IMG/VR virus record: IMGVR_UViG_3300034147_000130
Coordinates: 1-46,947 of that record
Source: a virus
Lineage: Duplodnaviria; Caudoviricetes
DNA length: 46,947 bases
Direction: 5' to 3' (one strand)
Both the position numbers and the translations under genes were made by a program. Of the stretch, positions 32,008 to 40,599 are shown piece by piece (position 1 is the stretch's first letter; each line of letters starts with the position of its first letter). The notes beneath the pieces are model-generated. The model was not told where the DNA came from and made no database searches. It was given only the letters and a program-made list of their open reading frames with translations.

Positions 32008-34896
32008 TCACCTCGTCATCTCCCGCGCGGCCTTCTGCCAGGGCATATCTTCCTGGTTCGGTAGCCCCGCGCGCGAGGGCGTGACCCCTCTCATTGGAGG
32101 AATCGCGGCGCCTCCCCCGATGGGCATGGCCCCGTAGGCGCCGGCGTCCATGGGCGGGGGCGTGGCCGCCTGCTGGAAGACCTGGCCGGGCTGCATGGGC
32201 ACCCCGCCTCCGGTGGGCGGTGGCCCCATGGGCGGGGCCAGGTCGGGCATCGAGGCCACGGGGGGCATCCCGGGCAGGGCGGGTACGCCGGGTGGAGGCG
32301 CCGGCGTGCCCGGCAGTGGGCCACCCGCCTGCATGGGAAGCGCCGCGCCGGGCGCACCCGGAGGTGGCGCCCCGCCAGGCGGACCGGATGGTACGGCGCC
32401 CAGGCCCTCCACGCCACCCGGGACGCCCATGGGCATCGGCGTGCCCGTGGGCGGCGCCGGCGCGGCGCCGGGCATCGTCATCGGCCCCGGCATCCCGGGC
32501 AGGCCCTGCTGCTGGCCCTGCAGTTTGGCCTGCTCCAACTGGATCAGCAGGCGGGCCGCCTCGGTGTCATCGAAGGCGCCGATGGCCAGCAACTGGTCGA
32601 ACGCCATCTGGGTGGTCACGCCGAACTTGGATTCGAGCCAGGACAACGCCATCTCGGGCGTCAAGGCCCCCTGCCGGACGGCGCCGCGGAGGGCCATGCT
32701 CTCCTGCACCAGGGGGTGGGTGTTGATCTTGTCGGCCAGGACGCGGGCCTCGGTGCGCTCCGGGGCGGGGTCGTTGAAGTACCTCTCCCGCATGGTCAGC
32801 ATATCGACGGCCCCGGCCTGCTGGGCCTGCACGCCCCGCATCTCTAGCTGGGCCTCGTCCACCGGCAGCAGGGGGTCGGCCTCGACGCTGCAGGCCAGGA
32901 AGGGCGTGCCCGTGCCGTTGCCCTTGGCGTCCGGCGCGATGTCCTTGGGCGTCAGGGTGCGCCAGCCCTTCTTCCGGCCCGTGGCGGCGTCGCCCTGGTA
33001 GTAGACCGGCACGCCCTCGGGGAAGCGCCGCCAGACCTGCCACCACAGGTACTGGATGGCCGTGGCCACCTGGGCGCAGTAGTTCTCGACAACTGGTCCA
33101 TACAGTGAGCGAGCCGCAATCATCAACTGTGCTATTGCGTAACCCGCTTGACCGCCGCCGCCCTGCCCTCTGAGCACCGAGGGGATGCCGATCAGGTCGA
33201 TCAGAGCGGTGGCCTTGGTGTACAGGCGCTCCAGGTGGGCGGTGCTCTCGGCCGGCATGGTCAGGTAGCGCCAGGTGCGCCCCGGCGGGACGGAGTAGAA
33301 GCCCCCGGGTTGGATCACCTTGCCGTCCGTGCTGCGGTTCTGGTCGGGGCGCTGCACCCGCTCGGGGTCGACCACCGTGTCCCCGGAGAGGCCGGCGGCG
33401 CCCGGCGCCCCGCCCTGCTTGTCCTCCTCGATCAGCGGGGGGAAGCTCGACCAGAAGCTGACGTGCAACTCCATGGTGATGATCTGGTCGAGCAGGTCGA
33501 TCAACTCGATCAGGTGCATCGGGGCGGCGATGCCCGTGTAGGTCGGGTCGCCCATGGCGGTGGTCAGCCCGTAGGCGCGGAAGATCGGCAGGGGGTGCCA
33601 GCCCGGCCCCCACAGCGGGCCGCTGGCCACGCACAGGCCGTCCACGTAGTGCGCCCACAGGCCGCAGTCCGGGTCGTACTCGGCGTCGTCCGGGTCGGAG
33701 AGGCCGAGCCACAGCGCCCTGCGGGCCGAGCAGTAGTAGGTGACGGTCTCGACGTGCTCCGGCTCGTACGGCCGCTCCGGCTCGGCGTCGATGAGCGGGT
33801 ACGCCCGCCCGAAGCCCATCGGCCCGGCGACGTAGCGCCCCTGCTTGCCCTGGATCGTGCCCGGCCGGCCGTCGTCCTGCTCGGTGGGGCGCAGGCCCCA
33901 GCCGGCCAGGGTCTCCCGGTAGGGCCGGTTGACCACCACGATGCCCTCGTCCTCGATCCCGTCCGCGTCCTGCACGAGGTGCATCGACAGGGGGTCGACG
34001 GCTTCCAGCACGAAGGGGGGCGTCGCCCGCTTGAAGTGCTCGACCGCCTTGAGGTACTTCTCGCTGGCCGAGCGCTTGCGCTTGCCCGCCGTGCCCCGCG
34101 CGCGGCGCTCCTTGGAGAGGTAGTTCTCCACCGCCGAGCCGAGGTCCTCCTCCTCACCCTCCCGGTCGTCCTCGAAGTCGTCGTAGCGGGGGTAGCGCGG
34201 GCTGGCCTCGCTCCAGCGGTCGAGGCGCTCCACCATCGACCAGCAGGCCCGCCCGGTGTTGACCAGGTTGTCCATGCAGTCGCGCCAGACGCTGGTCTGG
34301 CCGTTGTCCAGGATGGCCCGCCGGCCCTCCATGCCCAGCAGCACGCTGGTCGTCCACTCCTCCTTGAGCGACGCCGCCTCCTGGGCGTCCTCGTCGTCGT
34401 CCACCGGATCGGCCTGGACCGTCATCGGTTTTGCGGTGAGTACGGCGGGAAGGCGCAAACAGAGGTCACTGAAGAGGGCCTGGCCGGCGCGCACGACCTG
34501 AGTCGTTTTGCGGTAGCCAGGAGGGATGGGCGGGGTGACCAGGAGCTTGCGCCGGCGCCGAATCTCCCGCACCACGTCGGTGAAGCTGCGGCTGCCGGCG
34601 TTGGCCTGCCGGGTGCCGCTGTCCCGGGTGGAGCGGCTGCCCGAGGCGCTGGCCCCCATCACCCGCTCGCGGTCTCTGAGGATGCGCTGCACGTAGCCGA
34701 ACGGCGGCGCCTCAATCGCCTCGCCCGGGGCGATGTCCTCCTTCAGGCCGCTGTCGACGCTGCTATCCGGGCGGCGCGGGCCTTTGCGCTTGCCCGCCGG
34801 CTGCCGGGCGCCCCGCCCGCTGCCCGTGATGCTGTCCACGATGGGCGCCGCCGGGACAGCGCCGGCGCCGGGACCGGGGGCCTGACCGTTCGTCAT
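32008..34896 (-). CDS. Portal protein with long Pro/Gly-rich C-terminal tail
   Basis: 962 aa directly downstream of TerL. P.V.RG...GYAIAQL motif, ELIDLLDQIIT helix, E.E..R C-terminal motif. Confidence 0.8.
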   Translation of the reverse strand: MTNGQAPGPGAGAVPAAPIVDSITGSGRGARQPAGKRKGPRRPDSSVDSGLKEDIAPGEAIEAPPFGYVQRILRDRERVMGASASGSRSTRDSGTRQANAGSRSFTDVVREIRRRRKLLVTPPIPPGYRKTTQVVRAGQALFSDLCLRLPAVLTAKPMTVQADPVDDDEDAQEAASLKEEWTTSVLLGMEGRRAILDNGQTSVWRDCMDNLVNTGRACWSMVERLDRWSEASPRYPRYDDFEDDREGEEEDLGSAVENYLSKERRARGTAGKRKRSASEKYLKAVEHFKRATPPFVLEAVDPLSMHLVQDADGIEDEGIVVVNRPYRETLAGWGLRPTEQDDGRPGTIQGKQGRYVAGPMGFGRAYPLIDAEPERPYEPEHVETVTYYCSARRALWLGLSDPDDAEYDPDCGLWAHYVDGLCVASGPLWGPGWHPLPIFRAYGLTTAMGDPTYTGIAAPMHLIELIDLLDQIITMELHVSFWSSFPPLIEEDKQGGAPGAAGLSGDTVVDPERVQRPDQNRSTDGKVIQPGGFYSVPPGRTWRYLTMPAESTAHLERLYTKATALIDLIGIPSVLRGQGGGGQAGYAIAQLMIAARSLYGPVVENYCAQVATAIQYLWWQVWRRFPEGVPVYYQGDAATGRKKGWRTLTPKDIAPDAKGNGTGTPFLACSVEADPLLPVDEAQLEMRGVQAQQAGAVDMLTMRERYFNDPAPERTEARVLADKINTHPLVQESMALRGAVRQGALTPEMALSWLESKFGVTTQMAFDQLLAIGAFDDTEAARLLIQLEQAKLQGQQQGLPGMPGPMTMPGAAPAPPTGTPMPMGVPGGVEGLGAVPSGPPGGAPPPGAPGAALPMQAGGPLPGTPAPPPGVPALPGMPPVASMPDLAPPMGPPPTGGGVPMQPGQVFQQAATPPPMDAGAYGAMPIGGGAAIPPMRGVTPSRAGLPNQEDMPWQKAAREMTR

Positions 34897-34926
34897 CAGC
34901 TACCCTCTCACCGCCCCTACGAAGAG

Positions 34927-34969
34927 GCCCCCGCGCTGCGTCAACAGCCGGGGGCGTGACACCAGGAGG
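34927..34969 (+). promoter_or_regulatory. Hairpin plus RBS upstream of HNH gene
   Basis: GCCCCCG-CG-CTG-CGTCAA-CAG-C-CGGGGGC stem-loop followed by GGAGG. Confidence 0.55.
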
Positions 34970-34977
34970 TGACCCTG

Positions 34978-35370
34978 ATGCGCCCCCATCTTGCCATAGC
35001 GCGCCTGATGCGCCAGACCGTCTTCGACCACAGCCCCGGTGGCTGCTGGCGGGGTCTGGGGTGCTTTCGGGACAAGTACGGCTACGCCCGCTACTGCGGT
35101 CGCTTCCTGCACCGCTGGTCGTGGCTCATGTGGAAGGGCGTCATCCCCAAGGGGCAGAACGTCCTGCACCACTGCGACGTGCCCGACTGCTGGCGCCCCA
35201 GCCACCTGTACCTGGGCACACAGCGTGAGAACAACCTCGACGCCTACGCTCGCAACCGCCGGCGCCGCGACTGGGGCACCTACTGGGGTGACCCGGGCAA
35301 ACCCCCGCCCAACCGTCACCAGCGCGTCCACCCTTCTCGACCGGGGGACCCGAAAGCACCCCCACTGTAA
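34978..35370 (+). CDS. HNH homing endonuclease (antisense, between terL and portal)
   Basis: GCW..G...YGY...HR.SW....G.IPKG..VLHHCDVPDC.RPSHLYLGTQREN. GGAGG then ATG at 34978; overlaps the terL 3' end by 55 nt. Confidence 0.9.
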   Translation: MRPHLAIARLMRQTVFDHSPGGCWRGLGCFRDKYGYARYCGRFLHRWSWLMWKGVIPKGQNVLHHCDVPDCWRPSHLYLGTQRENNLDAYARNRRRRDWGTYWGDPGKPPPNRHQRVHPSRPGDPKAPPL

Positions 35371-36962
35371 TCCTCGACGGCGTTGTCCTCGTCACCCATG
35401 GTGGCTTCGAGGGGAACACCCTGGCGCGACGCGCTCGCCCCAGATGCTGGGTTAACCCCGTATCTGAGTGCGTCCGCAGCGTGGTCTTCTTGTCCATCTT
35501 CAACGTCTTCCGGGTTGTCCGGGTCAGCAGTCAGGCGGGGGAGCGTTCGCAGGAGATTCGGCGCCGCACCTTGCACGATGATGAGGCCAGGCCACCCATC
35601 GTCGGTCTCCTCCAACCATTCGAGCACGCGGCGCCAGCCACCGACGCGGTTGTTGTCTGCCTTCTGAACAGGCAGCCCTTGCTGTTGATAGACGTGCGCG
35701 TCCGAGATGCCGATATTGGCACGCGGCGCGAACATCGAGGGGTCGATGCGGATGCTGTCGAGGTGGAGCCGCGCGCTCGCCGGCGGGGACACCCTCTTCC
35801 TGACCGGGGCGAGCGGGTCATCGAACCATTCGAGCCACCGGCCCCCGACGCTGGCGACGCGCTGCTTCATCGTCTGCGCTTGCCGGAGGGGCGTCACCCC
35901 CGTCCGATAGTCCTCTGCCCAGACGAAGATGTGCTTCCTGGACGGATCGCGCGCGAACCACAGGCAGCAGAACGGGTCGCGCACCCCACCGTCGACCCCG
36001 TTCCACAGCGTCCACCCGGGTGAGCCGGCCTCCCCCGGGAGCGGGGGGAAGGCGCCCTGCTCCAAGTCGTAGCGGGCCAGCAGGGCCTCCACCGGCCAGA
36101 CGTGCCAGGGCTTCCCCGCGCGCGTGGGCATAAAGGCCCGGAAGAAGCGCCCGCCCAGGGTCTCCGGGGGGCGCTGCTGGTACAGGGCCTGCCACCAGGG
36201 TTCGGTCACCGTGGTGCGGATCACCGCCAGGCGCGCCGCGTCGAAGCGGGCCGGCCACAGGGTCTGGCCGGGAGCACGCCCCAGGGCATCATCCCGGCCC
36301 GCCTCGGCCACCGCCGGCAGGTCGATCACCTCCCAGTGCTCGCCCCCCTCGTCCGCCTGCTGCAGGAGGCGCCCGCTCAGGTCGTCCTCGTGCCAGCGGG
36401 TCTGGATCACCACGATGGCGTTGCTGGCCTGGTCCAGGCGGGTGTAGGCCGTCGAGGCGTACCACTCGAAGGTGTCGTCCCGGATGGTGAGGGACAGGGC
36501 CTCCTTGGAGTCCTTCACCGGGTCGTCCACGATCAGCAGGTCGCAGCCCTCGCCCGTGATGCCCCCGCCCACGCCGGCGGCGTTGAAGGCCCCCGCCTCC
36601 TGGCCGTCCCGGTTCCAGGCCCAGAAGCCCACCGCCGCGGCGTCCCCCGTCATCTCGATCCCCGGGTACAGGCGCCCGTACAGGGGCGAGCGCACCAGGT
36701 TCCTGACCCGCCGGCTGAACTTGTAGGCCAGCACCGCCCCGTAGCTGGCCAGGATCACCTTGCGCTGGGGGTGGCGCCCGATGTACCAGGCGGGGAACCG
36801 GACCGAGGCCAGTTCGCTCTTGCCGTGCCGCGGGGGCACGAAGAGCATCAGCCTCCTGAGGTCGCCCCGCTCCACCGCCTCCAGCTTCTCGATGATGAGC
36901 TTGTGGTGCGGGGCGGCCACGTAGTCCGGGTAGGTGCGCTGTACGAAGGCCAGGAGGCCCAT
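35316..36962 (-). CDS. terL: Terminase large subunit
   Basis: Walker A PPRHGKS, Walker B LLIVDDP, QTRWHEDD, nuclease GVDGG and EDHAADALRY. Start uncertain: ATG 36962 has GAGGGG upstream, and the ORF is open to 37208. Confidence 0.95.
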   Translation of the reverse strand: MGLLAFVQRTYPDYVAAPHHKLIIEKLEAVERGDLRRLMLFVPPRHGKSELASVRFPAWYIGRHPQRKVILASYGAVLAYKFSRRVRNLVRSPLYGRLYPGIEMTGDAAAVGFWAWNRDGQEAGAFNAAGVGGGITGEGCDLLIVDDPVKDSKEALSLTIRDDTFEWYASTAYTRLDQASNAIVVIQTRWHEDDLSGRLLQQADEGGEHWEVIDLPAVAEAGRDDALGRAPGQTLWPARFDAARLAVIRTTVTEPWWQALYQQRPPETLGGRFFRAFMPTRAGKPWHVWPVEALLARYDLEQGAFPPLPGEAGSPGWTLWNGVDGGVRDPFCCLWFARDPSRKHIFVWAEDYRTGVTPLRQAQTMKQRVASVGGRWLEWFDDPLAPVRKRVSPPASARLHLDSIRIDPSMFAPRANIGISDAHVYQQQGLPVQKADNNRVGGWRRVLEWLEETDDGWPGLIIVQGAAPNLLRTLPRLTADPDNPEDVEDGQEDHAADALRYGVNPASGASASRQGVPLEATMGDEDNAVEDYSGGAFGSPGREGWTRW

Positions 36963-37011
36963 GCCGTGCCCCTCGCCCACCGGGGCCGTCGAGGCGTGCG
37001 GGATGACCTCC

Positions 37012-37416
37012 TCACCCGGGGGCGGGGAGTCCGGGCGAACGGGTGTCCACCTGGTCGGACCCAGCAGCGCCGCCGTCCCCAAGAGCCGCGAGAATGCGAG
37101 CCGCTTTGTCGAAGACGATCCCGAGGAAGACCCCAAGCTCACCGGCTGATTGTTTTCCCATCCATTCCGCGTCCGCGGTCTGTCTGAGGATGCGCTCACC
37201 AGCGGCAAGGCTCTCTCCCAGATACGAGAGCGTCATCGCCCGGTAGTCCGGGTCGTTTGTTTTGGGGTCGCCGCCTTGCTGCGCCCGCCAGAGGCGAATC
37301 GTGGAGGGCGAGACCCCCACGTCCTTGGCCACCTTCAAGACCGCGTCGCCCGAGAGCACCCGGGCGACCGCCGCCGCCTTCTGCTCGTCCGTGAAGACGC
37401 GGGTTTGCGGTGCCAT
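37012..37416 (-). CDS. terS: Terminase small subunit (N-terminal HTH)
   Basis: FTDEQKAAAVARVLSG..V..VAKDVGVSPSTIRLW HTH; immediately upstream of terL. Confidence 0.75.
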   Translation of the reverse strand: MAPQTRVFTDEQKAAAVARVLSGDAVLKVAKDVGVSPSTIRLWRAQQGGDPKTNDPDYRAMTLSYLGESLAAGERILRQTADAEWMGKQSAGELGVFLGIVFDKAARILAALGDGGAAGSDQVDTRSPGLPAPG

Positions 37417-37434
37417 CCACGTCTTCTGCCTTCG

Positions 37435-37704
37435 CTAGGACTTGCTGACCTTGCCGCCCTTGGTCGTGGGGCGGAAGCGCTGCACCACGTTCGTGCCCAG
37501 GCCGCCCTCCGAGTAGCTGCCCCGCCAGCGGGAGGGGCCGCTGCCCGAGCCGTTGTCGTTGGCCAGGGTGCCGCCCCGGGCGCTGGCGCCCCGCGAGGTG
37601 GAGGCGTCGCCGGCGGGCAGTTGCCCGGCCTGGCGCACGCTCCCGCTCTTGGAGACGGTGTACTTGCCGCTGTTGACCTTGCCGACGCTGGCCTTGTCAG
37701 CCAC
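37435..37704 (-). CDS. Small basic G/S/K-rich protein
   Basis: AAGGAG then GTG at 37704; C-terminal part of track ORF 37435..38355. Confidence 0.6.
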   Translation of the reverse strand: MADKASVGKVNSGKYTVSKSGSVRQAGQLPAGDASTSRGASARGGTLANDNGSGSGPSRWRGSYSEGGLGTNVVQRFRPTTKGGKVSKS

Positions 37705-37900
37705 TGAGCTTCTCCTTGCGTAGGACTGGCGAGGGCACGTAGCCCCCGTACCGGCCACCACCGCCCTGGCCCCTGGGCTGCCTGGACTGGCCCACCTTCG
37801 CGGGTAGCTTACCCGCTGGGGTGTGGGCCTCCCACTGCTTGGCCATCTGGGGGTGGTTGGCGTGCATCCACCCGCGCTGCGCCTGACTCTTGAACGGCAT
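37697..37900 (-). CDS. Small conserved phage protein (MPFKS.AQR type)
   Basis: MPFKSQAQRGWMHANHPQMAKQW, an N-terminus I recall from phage packaging regions. Confidence 0.7.
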   Translation of the reverse strand: MPFKSQAQRGWMHANHPQMAKQWEAHTPAGKLPAKVGQSRQPRGQGGGGRYGGYVPSPVLRKEKLSG

Positions 37901-37919
37901 GGCGTTTCCCCGTGAAACG

Positions 37920-38279
37920 TCAGAGCTTCCGGCGCTTGGGCAGGCTCTGGCTCAGCATCGGCCCGGCGGCCGCCTCGTAGCGCTGGGCCTCGGCCGCCTC
38001 GATCCGCTTGTGCAGCCAGTCCGGGCCGCTGCGCTTGCCCTCCCAGTAGTGGCTGAACTGGCGCACCGCGTGCAGGTCGTTGTTGAAGGTCGAGGGGTCG
38101 ATCACCCCGCCGGCGCCCTCGCCACCCCCCTTGGCCTCGGGCGGCACCCCGCCCATCGGCGTGCCGGCGCCGGTCAGGCCGATCCGCTTCGCCGGCTTGG
38201 CCGGCTCCACCTCCTTGCGCTGGTGGGCGCGCGGGCTGCAGTCCCGGCCCTTGGTGCCCTTCATCAAGAGGTCCGTCAT
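37920..38279 (-). CDS. Hypothetical protein
   Basis: 119 aa, AAGGAG RBS. Confidence 0.65.
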   Translation of the reverse strand: MTDLLMKGTKGRDCSPRAHQRKEVEPAKPAKRIGLTGAGTPMGGVPPEAKGGGEGAGGVIDPSTFNNDLHAVRQFSHYWEGKRSGPDWLHKRIEAAEAQRYEAAAGPMLSQSLPKRRKL

Positions 38280-38521
38280 GCTGGCTCTCCTTGTTCGACG
38301 CAGCCCAACCAGGCGGGCGCGGCGCCCGTCTCCTGGAAGCGCTGGATGGCCGCAAGCTGGCGCCGGTCGAAGCCCCCCAGGGGGGTCAACAGGATCAGGA
38401 TCAGGCCCGCCGGCCCCAGGATGCGCAGGCCCGGGGCCACCACCTGGCCGGCGAACGGCGCGCCGGCGAAGGGGCTGCCCGCGAAGGGCTGGCCGGCGAA
38501 CGGCTCACCCGCGAACGGCAC
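38276..38521 (-). CDS. Small protein with (PFAGx)5 repeat and hydrophobic segment
   Basis: GGAGG then GTG at 38521; 15-bp tandem repeat; LGPAGLILILLTPLG hydrophobic stretch. Confidence 0.6.
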   Translation of the reverse strand: MPFAGEPFAGQPFAGSPFAGAPFAGQVVAPGLRILGPAGLILILLTPLGGFDRRQLAAIQRFQETGAAPAWLGCVEQGEPA

Positions 38522-38828
38522 GGCTGTCCTCCGGCGGCGTGTCGCTGCGCAGGAACGTGTCCCGCACCGCAGGGAGTTCATCCGTCCGGCCGACCGAGAC
38601 CTGGTCCTCCCACGCCCACGCGCCCGTGGCGCTGCCGTCCTCGTGCCGGGCCAGCACCACCGGCATCCACGCCCCCAGGCGCCCCGCCGGCAGCGGGGGC
38701 GGGGGCCAGGGCAGGCTCACTGTGGCGTGGGTGTCCAGGCGCTCCACCGTCAGCACCCCGTCCTTGATCCCCGTGCGGGTGTGCGCCCCCGTGAAGCGCA
38801 CGCGCTCTCTCTGCGTCCTCGGGGCCAT
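38505..38828 (-). CDS. Hypothetical protein
   Basis: ATG at 38828 coupled to the upstream TGA; GAGG RBS. Confidence 0.6.
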   Translation of the reverse strand: MAPRTQRERVRFTGAHTRTGIKDGVLTVERLDTHATVSLPWPPPPLPAGRLGAWMPVVLARHEDGSATGAWAWEDQVSVGRTDELPAVRDTFLRSDTPPEDSRAVRG

Positions 38829-39223
38829 CACTCGATCCTCACCGACCACACCACCGCGTCGACCGGCTGGCTGATCGTGACGCGGAAGCCGGCCTCCGCA
38901 ATCGCCCGCAGGCTGCGCTGCTGCTCGGCCCAGCCCTGGCCCACCACCGCATGGCCCGCCACCTCGTAGCGCCCCGGCTTGATGTAGCCCTCGGGCGTCA
39001 GCCAGGGGAAGTGCCCCGCCCCCGGGACCTGGACGGCCCAGGAGGGGGGCTTCAGGGCGAGCGAGCCGTCCGGGTTGCGCGGCGGCGTCCAGCCCGTCGC
39101 GGTCTCGAAGGTGAGCGTCGACCAGGACGAGAAGCGCGGCTCAAGCTGGGCCACGTCCGGCTGGGGCGGCTCGGGCAGCACGTCGTCCAGGTTGGCCCAG
39201 GGGGCGTGCTTCCGCTTCCTCAT
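38828..39223 (-). CDS. Hypothetical protein
   Basis: ATG at 39223 (MRKRKHAPW...) overlaps the upstream stop (ATGA). Confidence 0.6.
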   Translation of the reverse strand: MRKRKHAPWANLDDVLPEPPQPDVAQLEPRFSSWSTLTFETATGWTPPRNPDGSLALKPPSWAVQVPGAGHFPWLTPEGYIKPGRYEVAGHAVVGQGWAEQQRSLRAIAEAGFRVTISQPVDAVVWSVRIE

Positions 39224-39633
39224 CGCCTCGGCTCTTCCATGGCCTGGCGCAGGGCCGTGCTCTCCCGCCCGGGCAGCATCCCCGAGGCCAGGGTGCGGGC
39301 GTTCTTGCGGGCCAGCAGGGTGCGCGCCAGGCCGGCTGCTGGACCCTCGGGCACCACACCCCTGGCCCGCTCGTACTCGCTCGTCCTGGCCTCGTGCAGG
39401 CTGCCGTAGACGCTCTCGCTGCCGTCCCGGTTCTGCACCACCCGCTCGCGCACGAACGGCCTCTCGCCGGCGACGTAGGCGCTGCCCCGCACGATGGTCA
39501 GGGGGGCGTAGATGACGCGGGCGTAGGCCGTGGCCCGGCACTTTGGGCAGCACAACGGGCCACGGTCGTCCCAGCGCTCGATGCGCTCCTCGGTCGCGCC
39601 ACACACCTTGCACCGATACACCCGGTGGGGCAT
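39220..39633 (-). CDS. Zinc-ribbon protein (FmdB-like)
   Basis: MP...YRCKVCG...E......CPKC.....RV..AP. Confidence 0.75.
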   Translation of the reverse strand: MPHRVYRCKVCGATEERIERWDDRGPLCCPKCRATAYARVIYAPLTIVRGSAYVAGERPFVRERVVQNRDGSESVYGSLHEARTSEYERARGVVPEGPAAGLARTLLARKNARTLASGMLPGRESTALRQAMEEPRR

Positions 39634-39917
39634 CAGCCCGGGTCCTTCCCGTGCTCTTCCACCAGCGCCGCCAGGGCCTCGCCCAGCACCTCGATGGCGT
39701 CCGAGGCCGACTGCTCGCCCCGCTGCAGCAGGAGCAGCACCCGGCTGTGCGTGCCCTGCCCCGGCGGGCTGTCCTGCTCCTCGGTGATGAGGCCGATCAG
39801 GGCCAACTGGGCCAGGCGTAGCTCGGTGCGGATGCGGCTGATGTCGCGCCCGTCCAGCGGCGGGTAGCTGTAGTCGGGCACGTCGCCCGTACCGATGGGG
39901 CCGGTGGGGGTAACCAC
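39633..39917 (-). CDS. Hypothetical protein
   Basis: 94 aa, helical, translationally coupled to the next gene. Confidence 0.6.
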   Translation of the reverse strand: MVTPTGPIGTGDVPDYSYPPLDGRDISRIRTELRLAQLALIGLITEEQDSPPGQGTHSRVLLLLQRGEQSASDAIEVLGEALAALVEEHGKDPG

Positions 39918-39924
39918 TAGCGCG

Positions 39925-40119
39925 TCACTTCTTCCCGCCGAAGCCCTTCATCCCGGGGCTGGGCGCGCCGGGCTTGACCGCCGAGGGCCGACTCTTCGTC
40001 GCCGGCTTCTTGGTGGGGATGGGCGGCTGCGGGCCGCTCTTCTTGGCCTGGCCGCTGAGCTTGCCGAACTTGGCCTGCTTGGGGGCGCCAGGCGGACCGG
40101 AGAATCTTGGGGTCGCCAT
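39925..40119 (-). CDS. Small K/P/G-rich basic protein
   Basis: AGGAG RBS; 64 aa with no acidic residues. Confidence 0.65.
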   Translation of the reverse strand: MATPRFSGPPGAPKQAKFGKLSGQAKKSGPQPPIPTKKPATKSRPSAVKPGAPSPGMKGFGGKK

Positions 40120-40197
40120 GGTGGTGCTCCTGGTGGCTCAGCGTGTGCCGCTTTTCGTGCCGCCGTGACAAGTTGCCGCCGCCACACAGTCAAGGTG

Positions 40198-40464
40198 CTA
40201 CTTCTGCTTGCCCCGCAGTCCCTGCATCGGCCCGGTGATGGGCGCCTTGTGCGCCTTGGGGCCGGCCGGGGCGGGGGTGGGCACCGTGCCCTTGCCCTTG
40301 GGGCCACCGTACGGGGGCTTGCCCACCGCCAGGGCCGCCTTGCCCCGGTTGGTCGCCTTCGAGCGCGCCGGCCCGCTGTTGCTGAAGCCGGCGGTGCCCT
40401 TGGTCTCGCCCGAGGGGTACGTCTTCGTCGCGGCGTTGACGGTCGGCTTGTAGCGCCCAGGCAT
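40198..40464 (-). CDS. Small K/G/P-rich basic protein (first gene of leftward operon)
   Basis: GGAGGAG then ATG at 40464 (MPGRYKPTV...). Confidence 0.7.
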   Translation of the reverse strand: MPGRYKPTVNAATKTYPSGETKGTAGFSNSGPARSKATNRGKAALAVGKPPYGGPKGKGTVPTPAPAGPKAHKAPITGPMQGLRGKQK

Positions 40465-40485
40465 GGCGGTGCTCCTCCGGGCGTC

Positions 40486-40513
40486 AGAGTACCACACCCG
40501 CATCCCCGGCCAA
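40486..40513 (-). promoter_or_regulatory. Leftward promoter candidate
   Basis: TTGGCC-16 nt-TACTCT with extended -10 TG, back-to-back with the first rightward promoter. Confidence 0.5.
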
Positions 40514-40524
40514 GGCTCGAGGAT

Positions 40525-40581
40525 TTGCGGTTTGATGCCCGTGTCTGTTATACTCTGGAGGTCGGGGGACGTGCCCCCGGC
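40525..40581 (+). promoter_or_regulatory. Early promoter P1 + leader hairpin
   Basis: TTGCGG-18-TATACT (TGn), then GTCGG-GGG-ACGTG-CCC-CCGGC. Confidence 0.85.
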
Positions 40582-40599
40582 GAAACGGAGGCAGCGCCC

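Noticed and set aside
37012-37416. IS3-type transposase HTH
   Set aside because: No catalytic integrase ORF or terminal repeats; position fits TerS.
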